A stretch of DNA of 64,000 nucleotides from Staphylococcus phage AH12, in the sequence record OR455461.1. The stretch is one strand, 5' to 3'. This document shows positions 39,735-49,538 of the stretch, piece after piece (position 1 is the first letter of the stretch; every line of letters begins with the position of its first letter). The notes under the pieces were generated by a model. It saw nothing but the letters and a program-made list of their open reading frames with translations. It was not told the DNA's origin and did not search any database. A program made the translations under genes and the position numbers.

Positions 39735-40448
39735 ATGATAACTAATACAGAAGTACTTAATTATATAGAACGTGATACAGGATTTCTCTTTAATGAGTTA
39801 GAACTAAATCCTGATGAGATTATTAAAACAGTAGAAAGATTTACAATTCCTACTTTTAGTAAATTCCATCCTAAACAAGAAAGAATAGTAGTTAAACCTG
39901 AAGATAAAGTAGAAGGAACTCAGAATGTTTATTATATTGATTCACCAAACCCGATAGTTAATATTAATAGAGTGATTGGTGCTAATAACAATATTTCTAA
40001 TTTAACTGGTTATGCTGGGAGTATGAGTCCTTATGCAGGTTTTATGATGGGTTCACCTATTGACTCTCAAATGATGGCAGATTTAATGGCAATCAATTTA
40101 AATCCATCTACATTTAGATATCTTCATCCTAATAAAATAGAGATAATGAATGGATCTGTTATGAGTACAACTAATCTATTAATAATTGCAAATACTTATC
40201 ATGATAAACATTTTGGTTCAATACCAAATAATATGCATGATTACTTTTTAGAATTAGCTTCATATGATGTTCAAATGTCATTATACTCTATGAGAGGTAG
40301 ATTTCAAAATTTACAAACTACTTTTGGTGAATTGAATCTAAATATGGATGATTTAAGAGATGCTAGAGAAAAAAGAAGAGAATTAGTTGAAAAAATGGAA
40401 AATAACTCTATTTATAATTCCAATAGAAAAAAATTATTTTTCGGATAA
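39735..40448 (+). CDS. hypothetical protein, 237 aa
   Basis: ORF track entry immediately downstream of the protease gene, followed by a terminator. Confidence 0.5.
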   Translation: MITNTEVLNYIERDTGFLFNELELNPDEIIKTVERFTIPTFSKFHPKQERIVVKPEDKVEGTQNVYYIDSPNPIVNINRVIGANNNISNLTGYAGSMSPYAGFMMGSPIDSQMMADLMAINLNPSTFRYLHPNKIEIMNGSVMSTTNLLIIANTYHDKHFGSIPNNMHDYFLELASYDVQMSLYSMRGRFQNLQTTFGELNLNMDDLRDAREKRRELVEKMENNSIYNSNRKKLFFG

Positions 40449-40452
40449 TAAA

Positions 40453-40495
40453 ATCCCAATACCTATTAATTTAGGTATTGGGATATATTTTTAGG
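40453..40495 (+). terminator. rho-independent terminator
   Basis: Stem ATCCCAATACCT / AGGTATTGGGAT followed by ATATTTTT. Confidence 0.6.
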
Positions 40496-40646
40496 ATAAG
40501 GGAGTAATGGATATGGATAAAATTAAAGAACTTTGTATAAGTAATTTCATTATAACTATACGCTAATTTATTACTTAAAAAGGAATAAATTATAGAAAAA
40601 TAAATTTCTATAAAAATTTGTTACAATACTAATTTATATCATAAAT

Positions 40647-41231
40647 TTATTTCATTACATTATACGTGTTAAATTGATTTTTTAATCTTTGCTTATCAAA
40701 TTTAATCATTGATTTAGTTTCAAAACGATTTGTATTAAGTTTATCAATATAATCATCTGAATATATTTCATCTATTAATTTTATTTCATGAAAACTAAGT
40801 CTATGTCTTTTAGCTAAAGGAATTAATAATTTATCAGATAAATGTTTAAACATTCTAGTGTCAGGATTATATAAGCTAAAATCATCAGATATAGCTATTA
40901 GAATACTATTTCTATATTTTTGAGGTATGATACCCTTATCTGCTAATTCTTGTAAATAATAACTAGGTTTATAATCTGATAATCCTTCTATAACTACATA
41001 ATCCTTATCTATCAATTCAACAAAATAATGCATAGGTAAAGCTCTAATATTAGCATGTCTAATTAAATAATTCTGAACTTTACCCCAAGAATATTTATAA
41101 GATCCCTTTAATAGATTTCTATCATCAAACTTATTTTCTTTAAGTATTAAATTATTCATATGAGTAATAACTACATGAGTTTGAAATGTATTACTTCTTC
41201 TACGTCTATCTTGTTTTATATCATAATACAA
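40647..41231 (-). CDS. hypothetical protein, 194 aa
   Basis: ORF track entry. Confidence 0.5.
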   Translation of the reverse strand: MYYDIKQDRRRRSNTFQTHVVITHMNNLILKENKFDDRNLLKGSYKYSWGKVQNYLIRHANIRALPMHYFVELIDKDYVVIEGLSDYKPSYYLQELADKGIIPQKYRNSILIAISDDFSLYNPDTRMFKHLSDKLLIPLAKRHRLSFHEIKLIDEIYSDDYIDKLNTNRFETKSMIKFDKQRLKNQFNTYNVMK

Positions 41232-41255
41232 TATTTATTTCACTTCTTTCTAAAA

Positions 41256-41924
41256 TTAGCAATAACTAATTGAATTATATTTTTCTATTAATTTGTTAAA
41301 TGTAATCGGACCAACGTCTCCATCTTGTTTAAGATTATTATCACTCTGAAACTGTAATAAAGAACTTAACATAGTTCTATCAAATACATAGTTTTTACTA
41401 TCGTATTTATTAGCAGAATACCCCAAACCTGTCAGTGCGATACCAACTGTATTAACATCATTACCTTTCATATTATCTTCCCTATACATTAATAATCTGT
41501 AATAGCTTCCTTTAAGATTTCTATTATTTGAAATAGATGGTTCTTCAGGTTTATATTTTCTAGGTAAATGCATATCATAGTAATAAGGAAATTTAGGATT
41601 ACCATTATGGAATTTAAGTATAACTTTATCATAAAGGTTAGGTTTTCTTAAAGGTTTATCTAAATCATTATTCATTAATGGTTGACAAATTAAATAATTA
41701 CCTATGTCTACTTGACTTCTTACATCTAGATCTTCTATATTTATTATATTATTAATATTTAGGTTTCTTTTGATATTTCTTGGGGAATCCTGCAATTCAG
41801 TCATAATAAGTTCATACACAAATAGCTTTACTTCATATGTTTCATCGAAATCTGTATTATCTATAACTACAGCTTCAAAGTCTCGACCAAAATCAAATTC
41901 TTTAAACGATTCTTTATATTGCAT
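41256..41924 (-). CDS. hypothetical protein with C-terminal peptidoglycan-binding (PG_binding_1-like) domain, 222 aa
   Basis: The C-terminal LLQFQSDNNLKQDGDVGPITFNKL matches the peptidoglycan-binding repeat signature. No catalytic domain was recognised. Confidence 0.5.
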   Translation of the reverse strand: MQYKESFKEFDFGRDFEAVVIDNTDFDETYEVKLFVYELIMTELQDSPRNIKRNLNINNIINIEDLDVRSQVDIGNYLICQPLMNNDLDKPLRKPNLYDKVILKFHNGNPKFPYYYDMHLPRKYKPEEPSISNNRNLKGSYYRLLMYREDNMKGNDVNTVGIALTGLGYSANKYDSKNYVFDRTMLSSLLQFQSDNNLKQDGDVGPITFNKLIEKYNSISYC

Positions 41925-41973
41925 GTGTTTTATGAGCTCCTTTCTATTTAAAATGCATTGAGGGGGAAATGTC

Positions 41974-42198
41974 TTGTTACAGTTAGTCTTGCTATGCCTC
42001 TTTATTTATTTTTTGATTTTTAGTTTTCCACTGATTTTAAGTTATTTTAGAATTACTAAACAGTTGAATTCTTTAAAAGAAAAAATAACAAAAATAGAAA
42101 AGGAAACGAATAATCAAAGAAATTTAATTTTCAGATTATCTAAGTTTAATGAAGCTCTTTTAGAAGAAATAAAAGAACAAGAAAAAGATAAGCAATAA
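41974..42198 (+). CDS. small membrane protein, 74 aa (N-terminal TM plus coiled coil), antisense to the flanking operon
   Basis: TTG start with a strong AGGGGGAA RBS 5-6 nt upstream. Sits in an otherwise gene-free 317-bp gap. Confidence 0.4.
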   Translation: MLQLVLLCLFIYFLIFSFPLILSYFRITKQLNSLKEKITKIEKETNNQRNLIFRLSKFNEALLEEIKEQEKDKQ

Positions 42199-42230
42199 AA
42201 ATCCACAACGATAATAAAATATCGTTGTGG
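42192..42230 (-). terminator. terminator hairpin
   Basis: Stem CCACAACGAT / ATCGTTGTGG. The T-run on the minus strand corresponds to the A-run 42194-42202. Confidence 0.45.
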
Positions 42231-42241
42231 GAATTATTGCA

Positions 42242-43078
42242 CTAAATATAAATAATATATTCTATATCTAAACCATCAGATAGATTCTTTAATGAACGAC
42301 TATCAAATGTTAAACGTGTAGCTAATTCAGTTCCATCAAATTTATTAGTATCTTCATTATATTTAGCTAACCAAAGACCTAACTCATTAATAATACTTCC
42401 TCTACATTCATCTGGTTCTACAGACATTTTTAAAGAAAATGCAACTGAACCGTCTTCATTATCAATAATAAATCCTTTTGATTCACCTAACGGTTTATCT
42501 TTTGTAGCATTAGTAAATCTTTTACCATAAAAACTAGTAGTTCCATCTTGTTTATCTTCTGATAAATAATATTTTTTCTTTTGTTGTTCTGATAGTTCTT
42601 CTACCATACTAGGATTATTTGCAGTTAAATCAGAATTTTCTTTATCTGGATTTTCTACTACAAAAGGAACAGGACGATTTAATTTTTGATCAGAGAATTT
42701 TACAGTGTATGGAGTAAATGCAGAGTTATTTACATCAGCTCCACCTGAACCTACTGAAAATAAGCATATTGTTCTTCCTTCAGTTTCATCACCATTATAA
42801 TTAGACGGTATACCTTGACCGAATAGTTTTTCTAAAATCCAAACTCTAGTTCTCATTAAAACTAAATTTTCTTCTTGATGAATTAATTCACCTGTTTTAG
42901 GATTTGTAAATCTAACAATACCCTTAATATAATTATTTAAATTTTCTTTAAAACCAGATTTTACATCTATAGAATTTGAATCTCTTGTTTCAACTCTAGA
43001 ACTTATATCATCTATTTGATTTTGTTCCATAGCTCCATTTTCAACCAATTTACGTGAAAAACGTTCAAAATTGAACAT
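42242..43078 (-). CDS. hypothetical structural protein, 278 aa
   Basis: ORF track entry whose start overlaps the upstream gene's stop. Confidence 0.5.
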   Translation of the reverse strand: MFNFERFSRKLVENGAMEQNQIDDISSRVETRDSNSIDVKSGFKENLNNYIKGIVRFTNPKTGELIHQEENLVLMRTRVWILEKLFGQGIPSNYNGDETEGRTICLFSVGSGGADVNNSAFTPYTVKFSDQKLNRPVPFVVENPDKENSDLTANNPSMVEELSEQQKKKYYLSEDKQDGTTSFYGKRFTNATKDKPLGESKGFIIDNEDGSVAFSLKMSVEPDECRGSIINELGLWLAKYNEDTNKFDGTELATRLTFDSRSLKNLSDGLDIEYIIYI

Positions 43079-45642
43079 TAGTTTTCCTCCCTTTTGATTA
43101 TTGAAATGTTAACTTTATCTTCCATTTCAATATTTTCTTTTCTGATGATCTTATCAGTTATATTTTTATTATCTAATGTATTAATCTTATCTACATATTT
43201 TGTAGTTCCAGTATATTTAATATTTCCTTCATCAATTAAATGGATACTATTTTCAAATTTATCATCTAATTTAAATAATAGACTTGTATAAATTAAATCA
43301 GTTGTATATGATTTGAATAGAGTTATCAATATAGTAATATAATCTCTAATAAAATTAACAATACCTACAAAATTACTATTTGTGAAATACTGTTCTTTAA
43401 GATTAAGATGATTATCAATACTGCTTACTAATTCGAATATTCTCTCTCTAAAAATATTTTCTCTATCAAAAATATCTTCATCATATATTTCACTTTCAAC
43501 GACTGTATAATAATACAAATCAGGTTCTTTAAATTTAAGATAATCTGAATAAGTTTTAAAACCTTTAAAAATATCGTTACTAGAATTAGTAATAAATAGC
43601 TGTTTATGAAGATTATTAAATTTTTTTCGTAAATGAGGATCATTTGAATTATATATTAACTCTTCTAATTCTTTACGAAATTCTTCATTATACTTATAAA
43701 TTTCAATAATATCATAAATGTTAATAAGATCTTTATCTGAATCACTGTAAGATAATATATCACTGATGTAAGAATTTAAAGCTGGATATCTAGTTATTTG
43801 CTTTTTAGGAGTGTATAATTTATTTTTAATTGAATAATCTATTGATCTTCTTATAGATGTTACTAGCTTATCTATATTTTCTTCATTTTTATTTTGTTTA
43901 TAATCTTGATAAGATTTACTTAAAAAATTAACATTCATAACTTTAACAAATTCATCAATATCTTTATCAATAGAATTATCTTCTATCATAATCAAATATA
44001 CATCTTCTTTATTTATACGACCATCACGAATCATTACATTTAAAAATTTTTTGTAAATTTCCATAAAGTTCTTATAGTAAGATATATTTTTGAAATCAAA
44101 TTCTCTTTCATGTTTAGATATTTGTGTCCATAAATATCTCATACCATCTATAATTAAATCATTTTCAATATAGTATTCTAATTGTGTAGAACCATTTATA
44201 CCAGTCATTATTTCTGAAATAAATTTAAATTGTCTCTGAGCTAAATCAGACATTTCATATTCTCTAACAATATCTTCATAGCTTAGTGTATTTCTATTTT
44301 TAAATTTCTTAATATTAAGGAAATTTAGTTCTCTAGCAAAATCAGTATAATCCGATTTATCAAATTGTCTAGAATAAATATAGTTACGAATATCATCTAC
44401 AGTTTCTTTAATATCTGAATTAAAATTATAACCATAAATATTCATATTCTTATCATTCTTGATTCTATCATTCCATTTAATATAATTTATGACAAGTGTA
44501 TTAAGTGTAACAATTCCGTCAAAAACATTAAACTTTCTAGAACTGATTCTTGAGTTAGTCATATTAAAACTATCATCTTCAATAATGTCTTCATCTTCCT
44601 TCATTAAGTTAATTAAACTGTATAAGAATGATAAAGATTTACTATTATTAATTATGTCTATAACTGCGTCTGTAGAGATATATTTAGTTTGTATTACATT
44701 AAATGCTTTATCCATAACCTCTTCTTTAGTGTTTCTCCAATATGGATCAAGATCAATGATTTCATTATAACCGTATTGATTATCATTATATACATCAAGG
44801 TTATCATTTACATTTGTTTTATAAAATTTTAGATCATCTTCATGTTTAGCCAAGTAATATTTATTAATATCTATTGAGTTAATGGAGAATATATCTTCTA
44901 TAATTGGAAATATCTCATTTGTACCTTTATTACGGATTAAATCATTTATGCGTTTGTATGTTCTTCTTTGATATTCTAAAGGGAAATCGTCAAAGTAATC
45001 AAGTCCATTAGAAATAAAAGCATTCTTTAAATCTCTTTTAGTATATCTATCAACATCAAATACTCTATACATTGTTTTATTTATATATCTATGTATAGTT
45101 GCGTTAATTAAATACATATAATACATTTCTCTATAATAGACTTGATTATTAAAAGCTCTAGTGTGTGTTACCTTTTTAAAATAATTAAGAGCTTCAGAAT
45201 AACTTTCTAATAATAAAGATTCTTCTTTTTTATCTAATGTATGGTTACTTATTTTAATGATATCAAAATCATTTGATGTACGTGATATATATGGATCAAT
45301 ATCATACATATTTTGTAATTTCCCATAGTATGGATTACGTTCTTTATAATTTCTTAAAATACTATCTTTATCAAATACTGAATAGTAATCATCTAACGTA
45401 TTTTCTTTAGCTCTAATATATAAATCTGACTCCATCATAGAATCATTAGATTCTAATCTATCTGCAAATTCTTGATCCTTTATTATTAAACCTTGACAGA
45501 ATTTAACTATATCGTCTAAATTTTCTATATCTTCTTCAGTAAAGGCTTTATAAAAATAAAGAGGATTGTATTTTCTTAAATCATCTTTACTGAAGTTCTT
45601 ATAATCAGTGAATTCTATGGCCATTGAAATCCTCTCTTTCAT
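43078..45642 (-). CDS. large hypothetical protein, 854 aa; portal candidate by size only
   Basis: ORF track entry. First gene transcribed from the 45.6-46.1 kb divergent promoter region. Confidence 0.5.
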   Translation of the reverse strand: MKERISMAIEFTDYKNFSKDDLRKYNPLYFYKAFTEEDIENLDDIVKFCQGLIIKDQEFADRLESNDSMMESDLYIRAKENTLDDYYSVFDKDSILRNYKERNPYYGKLQNMYDIDPYISRTSNDFDIIKISNHTLDKKEESLLLESYSEALNYFKKVTHTRAFNNQVYYREMYYMYLINATIHRYINKTMYRVFDVDRYTKRDLKNAFISNGLDYFDDFPLEYQRRTYKRINDLIRNKGTNEIFPIIEDIFSINSIDINKYYLAKHEDDLKFYKTNVNDNLDVYNDNQYGYNEIIDLDPYWRNTKEEVMDKAFNVIQTKYISTDAVIDIINNSKSLSFLYSLINLMKEDEDIIEDDSFNMTNSRISSRKFNVFDGIVTLNTLVINYIKWNDRIKNDKNMNIYGYNFNSDIKETVDDIRNYIYSRQFDKSDYTDFARELNFLNIKKFKNRNTLSYEDIVREYEMSDLAQRQFKFISEIMTGINGSTQLEYYIENDLIIDGMRYLWTQISKHEREFDFKNISYYKNFMEIYKKFLNVMIRDGRINKEDVYLIMIEDNSIDKDIDEFVKVMNVNFLSKSYQDYKQNKNEENIDKLVTSIRRSIDYSIKNKLYTPKKQITRYPALNSYISDILSYSDSDKDLINIYDIIEIYKYNEEFRKELEELIYNSNDPHLRKKFNNLHKQLFITNSSNDIFKGFKTYSDYLKFKEPDLYYYTVVESEIYDEDIFDRENIFRERIFELVSSIDNHLNLKEQYFTNSNFVGIVNFIRDYITILITLFKSYTTDLIYTSLLFKLDDKFENSIHLIDEGNIKYTGTTKYVDKINTLDNKNITDKIIRKENIEMEDKVNISIIKREEN

Positions 45643-46000
45643 TTATTTTTCTTAATATTTAGTTGTTACTTGAGAATTTATATTTTTATCAAATAAAAAT
45701 AATATATTATTATATTTCTATCAAAATATAATAATATATTTATTATGATTTTTAATTTTTTATATTAAAATTGGTATTAATAAATATATTAAATTGAAAA
45801 TCATAATGAAATTCATACAAATAAAATTAACTTAATAATATATTAATGAAGATTATTAAAACTAAAGAAATAAAATATTTATACAAATTTTTTTTGAAAA
45901 CCTCCAGAATATATTATTATATTTTAATATAAAATTATATAAATAATAAATAAATATTTTTTAGGGGAATAATTTTTAAGATTTTCTTTAATTTTAATTA

Positions 46001-46050
46001 ATATTATAAAAAATAATAGTAATTAAAAATATTATTAAAAATTAAGTAAT
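46001..46050. promoter_or_regulatory. conserved 50-bp intergenic element, copy 2 (one mismatch to copy 1)
   Basis: Same 50-mer in the divergent region between genes 43078..45642 (minus) and 46134 (plus). Confidence 0.45.
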
Positions 46051-46133
46051 ATATTAAATTTAATAAAAGAAAATTTCAAAGAAAAAGTAATAATGAATTT
46101 GATATTAATTAATAAAAAGGAATTGAATAAAAA

Positions 46134-46769
46134 ATGGATAATAAAAATATTGATATAAAATTCAATAACTTAAATAATAAAAAAGTAAAGTTAAATAAAA
46201 ATAATAAGATCAATAATGTATTAATAAAAAAAGATTCTAATAATAATACAATATTAGTAAATAAACAAAGTAAGTTTCAAATATCAAGTTTATATTTTGA
46301 AATAGAATCAGAAAATAGTTTAAAGAAATTTATTAAGAATGTAGAAGGATTAGTAAGAAGATCAAATGAATATAAAAAATATTTATCAATATTAAAAGAA
46401 GAATACAATTTGAAAAATGATATAATAATGTCAAATATTACAGAAGATATGGCAACTACAGAATATCATCACTTTCCTTTTACTCTTTATGAAATTGTTG
46501 AAATTGTTACAAATAAAGCTATTATGGAAGATGAACAGTTTACATCAATAGATATAGCTGAAAGAGTTTTAAAATTACATTTTGAGAATAAAGTAGGATT
46601 AGTATTATTAACAAAAACAAATCATCAATTAGCTCATGCAGGTAAAATAATAATTCCATTATCCTCTATATTTGGTAAAGTAAATGAATTTGTAAGTTAT
46701 TATAAAGACTATATACTTGATCATCAAATAGAACAATACAATGAACTTATAGAAGCTTCAGATATATAA
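46134..46769 (+). CDS. hypothetical protein, 211 aa; possible degenerate HNH (His-Me finger) motifs
   Basis: AAAGGA RBS. Contains EYHHFPF and TKTNHQLAH segments; this is a weak call. Confidence 0.45.
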   Translation: MDNKNIDIKFNNLNNKKVKLNKNNKINNVLIKKDSNNNTILVNKQSKFQISSLYFEIESENSLKKFIKNVEGLVRRSNEYKKYLSILKEEYNLKNDIIMSNITEDMATTEYHHFPFTLYEIVEIVTNKAIMEDEQFTSIDIAERVLKLHFENKVGLVLLTKTNHQLAHAGKIIIPLSSIFGKVNEFVSYYKDYILDHQIEQYNELIEASDI

Positions 46770-46852
46770 ATTTTTAATATTTATTTTAAATATATATTAT
46801 ATAAATGTAAATCATTAAAGATTTATATAATATATAAAAATTAGGAGATGAA

Positions 46853-47644
46853 ATGGATATGACAGAAGAAGCTTTAATTAAGGCTATATATTTATTTAAG
46901 GAAGATAAGAACGATATTGAAATTGATATAGCTAAGAATATTATGGATGAACTTAAAGAAGAGGATAATCGAAAAGAATTTGATGATTTAGAAAGAAGAA
47001 TAATCAATATTGAAGATACAAAAACATTTAGAGATTTTTATAGCTTTAAAATGATTAGAAGAAAATCAGATTTTATTAAAGGAATTGCTTTTGATAATTT
47101 TAATGATTTCTTTTTAGATAGTTTAGAACTTAATAAAGATTATAACTTTGCTAAAAATATATTTGAGTTTTTAACAATCTTAAGAAAACAAGATAAATCA
47201 GAAATGTTTCCAGATGGAAAAGAAAATATTGAAGATAGATTAATTGCATTAATGTCTAGTTATATTACAGAAGAATATAATAAGAAATATAATTTAAATT
47301 ATTATAATATATATAATATTATGGTAGCTACTTATATCGATATGTATATTTTCTTCTATAAAGAAGAATTGATGAACGGTAACAATATTTTAGAATTAAA
47401 AGAAGAATCTAATGAAATTAAATTATTCTCTGAAAGTTATATTAATGATTTCTTAAATGAATCTATAAAAGCTACAGAAATATTTGATGAAATTAATAGT
47501 AATATATTAAAGAATTTTCCACCACAAGTTAAACCTGACATTAATAGTTTACTACATGAAATTAAGAAACAGGCAAATAAAATTGCTAGTGAAAATAATG
47601 TAGATATGTCACTAGTAAATACTCTAATTGAATATAAACAATAA
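46853..47644 (+). CDS. hypothetical protein, 263 aa
   Basis: AGGAG RBS; ORF track entry. Confidence 0.5.
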   Translation: MDMTEEALIKAIYLFKEDKNDIEIDIAKNIMDELKEEDNRKEFDDLERRIINIEDTKTFRDFYSFKMIRRKSDFIKGIAFDNFNDFFLDSLELNKDYNFAKNIFEFLTILRKQDKSEMFPDGKENIEDRLIALMSSYITEEYNKKYNLNYYNIYNIMVATYIDMYIFFYKEELMNGNNILELKEESNEIKLFSESYINDFLNESIKATEIFDEINSNILKNFPPQVKPDINSLLHEIKKQANKIASENNVDMSLVNTLIEYKQ

Positions 47645-47655
47645 TTAATAAAATT

Positions 47656-47701
47656 GAGGTAATGATCATTAATTTGATCATTACCTCTAATATTTTTTTT
47701 T
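47656..47701. terminator. terminator between convergent genes
   Basis: 13-bp stem GAGGTAATGATCA / TGATCATTACCTC followed by a T9 run. Confidence 0.6.
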
Positions 47702-48964
47702 CTAAAAGATATCCATTTTATGAATATCTTTTTTTCTTCCTTGATTAATTAATTCATTAATCATATTAATCTTTCTCATATCTGCATATAATACAAGTGT
47801 ATGAACTACATTAGATTGTGGTTCTTTAACAATCAATTCGAAATTATCATAGTCAATATAAAATTCACTTTTATCCATAGATTTATTATTTCTAAATAAT
47901 TTGAATTCAATGATTTTTTCTATATTTCCTCCAAGTTTATTAATTTCTTTAATAGATTTTATTATGTTTTTATCCATTATAGACTCTATTGGAGTACTAT
48001 CAAATTTAACATTCATTTCAGTATTGAAATTTCTTTCAAGTAATAATTTCATTCCTCTATCATTCTCTTTAGGAATCATATCTTGTAATATTGCAATATC
48101 AAATTGTAATATATCTTCTCCAGGGTTTTCTATCTCTCTTTGAATATTAAAGTCTTCTTCAATTTCCAATATATAACTACCAGGTACCCATAATTCAGCA
48201 GATATTGCATATTTGACTGCACTTTGTTTATTTATTAAATTACTTATTTCATTTTCATAATTAACTAAATCTGGATAATTTAAAAGTATATTAGTTGTAA
48301 AATCATAAGTATATTTTTCTTTACCATTGGCTAGATTTTTTTTGTTAGTTATTGGACCTAATCCATTAGACATCATATAATCATTTAACTTAAGTCTATC
48401 ATCATTATTATTAATATCTAAATTTAATTTCTTACATATATTTACAATAAATATTTCTGGTAATTGTGTTGGTATTCTTATTTCATTTGCAAAATTATAA
48501 CCACCAGATTCAAAAGTTTGATTAATATGATTAAGGGTATTCCAAGCACCCATTTGTGTTTGTAATAATATACCATAATTAAATACTATTTTATATCTTT
48601 GAGGTACCATGAATATTCTTATACCTCTTGTATCATCTTCAAATATCATTCTATAATTTCTTTTTAAATTCTTCATTACAAATCTATCTGTTTTATGCCA
48701 CATTGGTAAACTAGACATAAAACCATCACCCAATTCAAATTGTGTAGTCATAGCTAAATGGGGATATCCCTTTTTTAGATTCTTCATATCTTTTAAAGAA
48801 TTTGAATTCAAAGCTGTACTTACATAAGTTGAAGCAAAAAAATTGCTAGGGAACATTGATTTAAAATAATTCCACATAAATGACTGTACACCACTTATAA
48901 CACTTGATAATGAAGGCGATGCAGTACACATTGAATAATTACTATTTTCTCCTAATTGAGGCAT
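47702..48964 (-). CDS. hypothetical protein, 420 aa
   Basis: ORF track entry. Confidence 0.5.
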   Translation of the reverse strand: MPQLGENSNYSMCTASPSLSSVISGVQSFMWNYFKSMFPSNFFASTYVSTALNSNSLKDMKNLKKGYPHLAMTTQFELGDGFMSSLPMWHKTDRFVMKNLKRNYRMIFEDDTRGIRIFMVPQRYKIVFNYGILLQTQMGAWNTLNHINQTFESGGYNFANEIRIPTQLPEIFIVNICKKLNLDINNNDDRLKLNDYMMSNGLGPITNKKNLANGKEKYTYDFTTNILLNYPDLVNYENEISNLINKQSAVKYAISAELWVPGSYILEIEEDFNIQREIENPGEDILQFDIAILQDMIPKENDRGMKLLLERNFNTEMNVKFDSTPIESIMDKNIIKSIKEINKLGGNIEKIIEFKLFRNNKSMDKSEFYIDYDNFELIVKEPQSNVVHTLVLYADMRKINMINELINQGRKKDIHKMDIF

Positions 48965-49075
48965 ATATTTACCTACTTTCTATTATCATTATAATAATAA
49001 AAATGTTGAGTAATTTTTTAAAGTCCATTATTAACTTTTATTATATATTATTAAAAATAAAGGAGAAATTTAAAA

Positions 49076-49494
49076 TGACTGAAACAATTGAAAGAGTAAA
49101 AATTAAAAATAAAGATCTTAATAAGGTATATGAAATTCTTTTCAATATCCCATTAAATGGTAATAAATCTAGACATCGTACTAAATTTATTAATAATATT
49201 AAAGAAGCTCATGAAGAGTTTGCTAAAGATAGAGAAGAAATGATAAATGAATTTTCTAAAAAAGATAATGAAGGAAATTTAATTCAAGATCCTAATGATC
49301 CTAATAGTATTATTCTTAATACTCAAGAATTCCCAAACGCTAAAGAAGATATACTCGCTATTGATGTTGAATATGCGTATATTCCTGTAAAAGATAGAGA
49401 AATATTATTAAATATTATCGATGGAATGGAAACTCAATTATCAGGAGAAACTGCAATTATTATTGATAGTGTAGCAGAGCAGTTAGAAGATTAA
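49076..49494 (+). CDS. hypothetical protein, 139 aa, upstream of the giant fiber gene
   Basis: ATG at 49076 with an AAAGGAGAAA RBS. The longer ORF-track version (from 48904) overlaps the minus-strand gene and is unlikely. Confidence 0.5.
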
Positions 49495-49538
49495 TAAAAC
49501 ACATTAATATCAATAAGACGGAAGGATGGTGAAAAAAT

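Noticed and set aside
48904-49075. Long N-terminal extension of ORF 48904..49494
   Set aside because: It overlaps the convergent, well-supported minus-strand gene 47702..48964 and has no RBS. The ATG at 49076 has a strong AAAGGAGAAA RBS.
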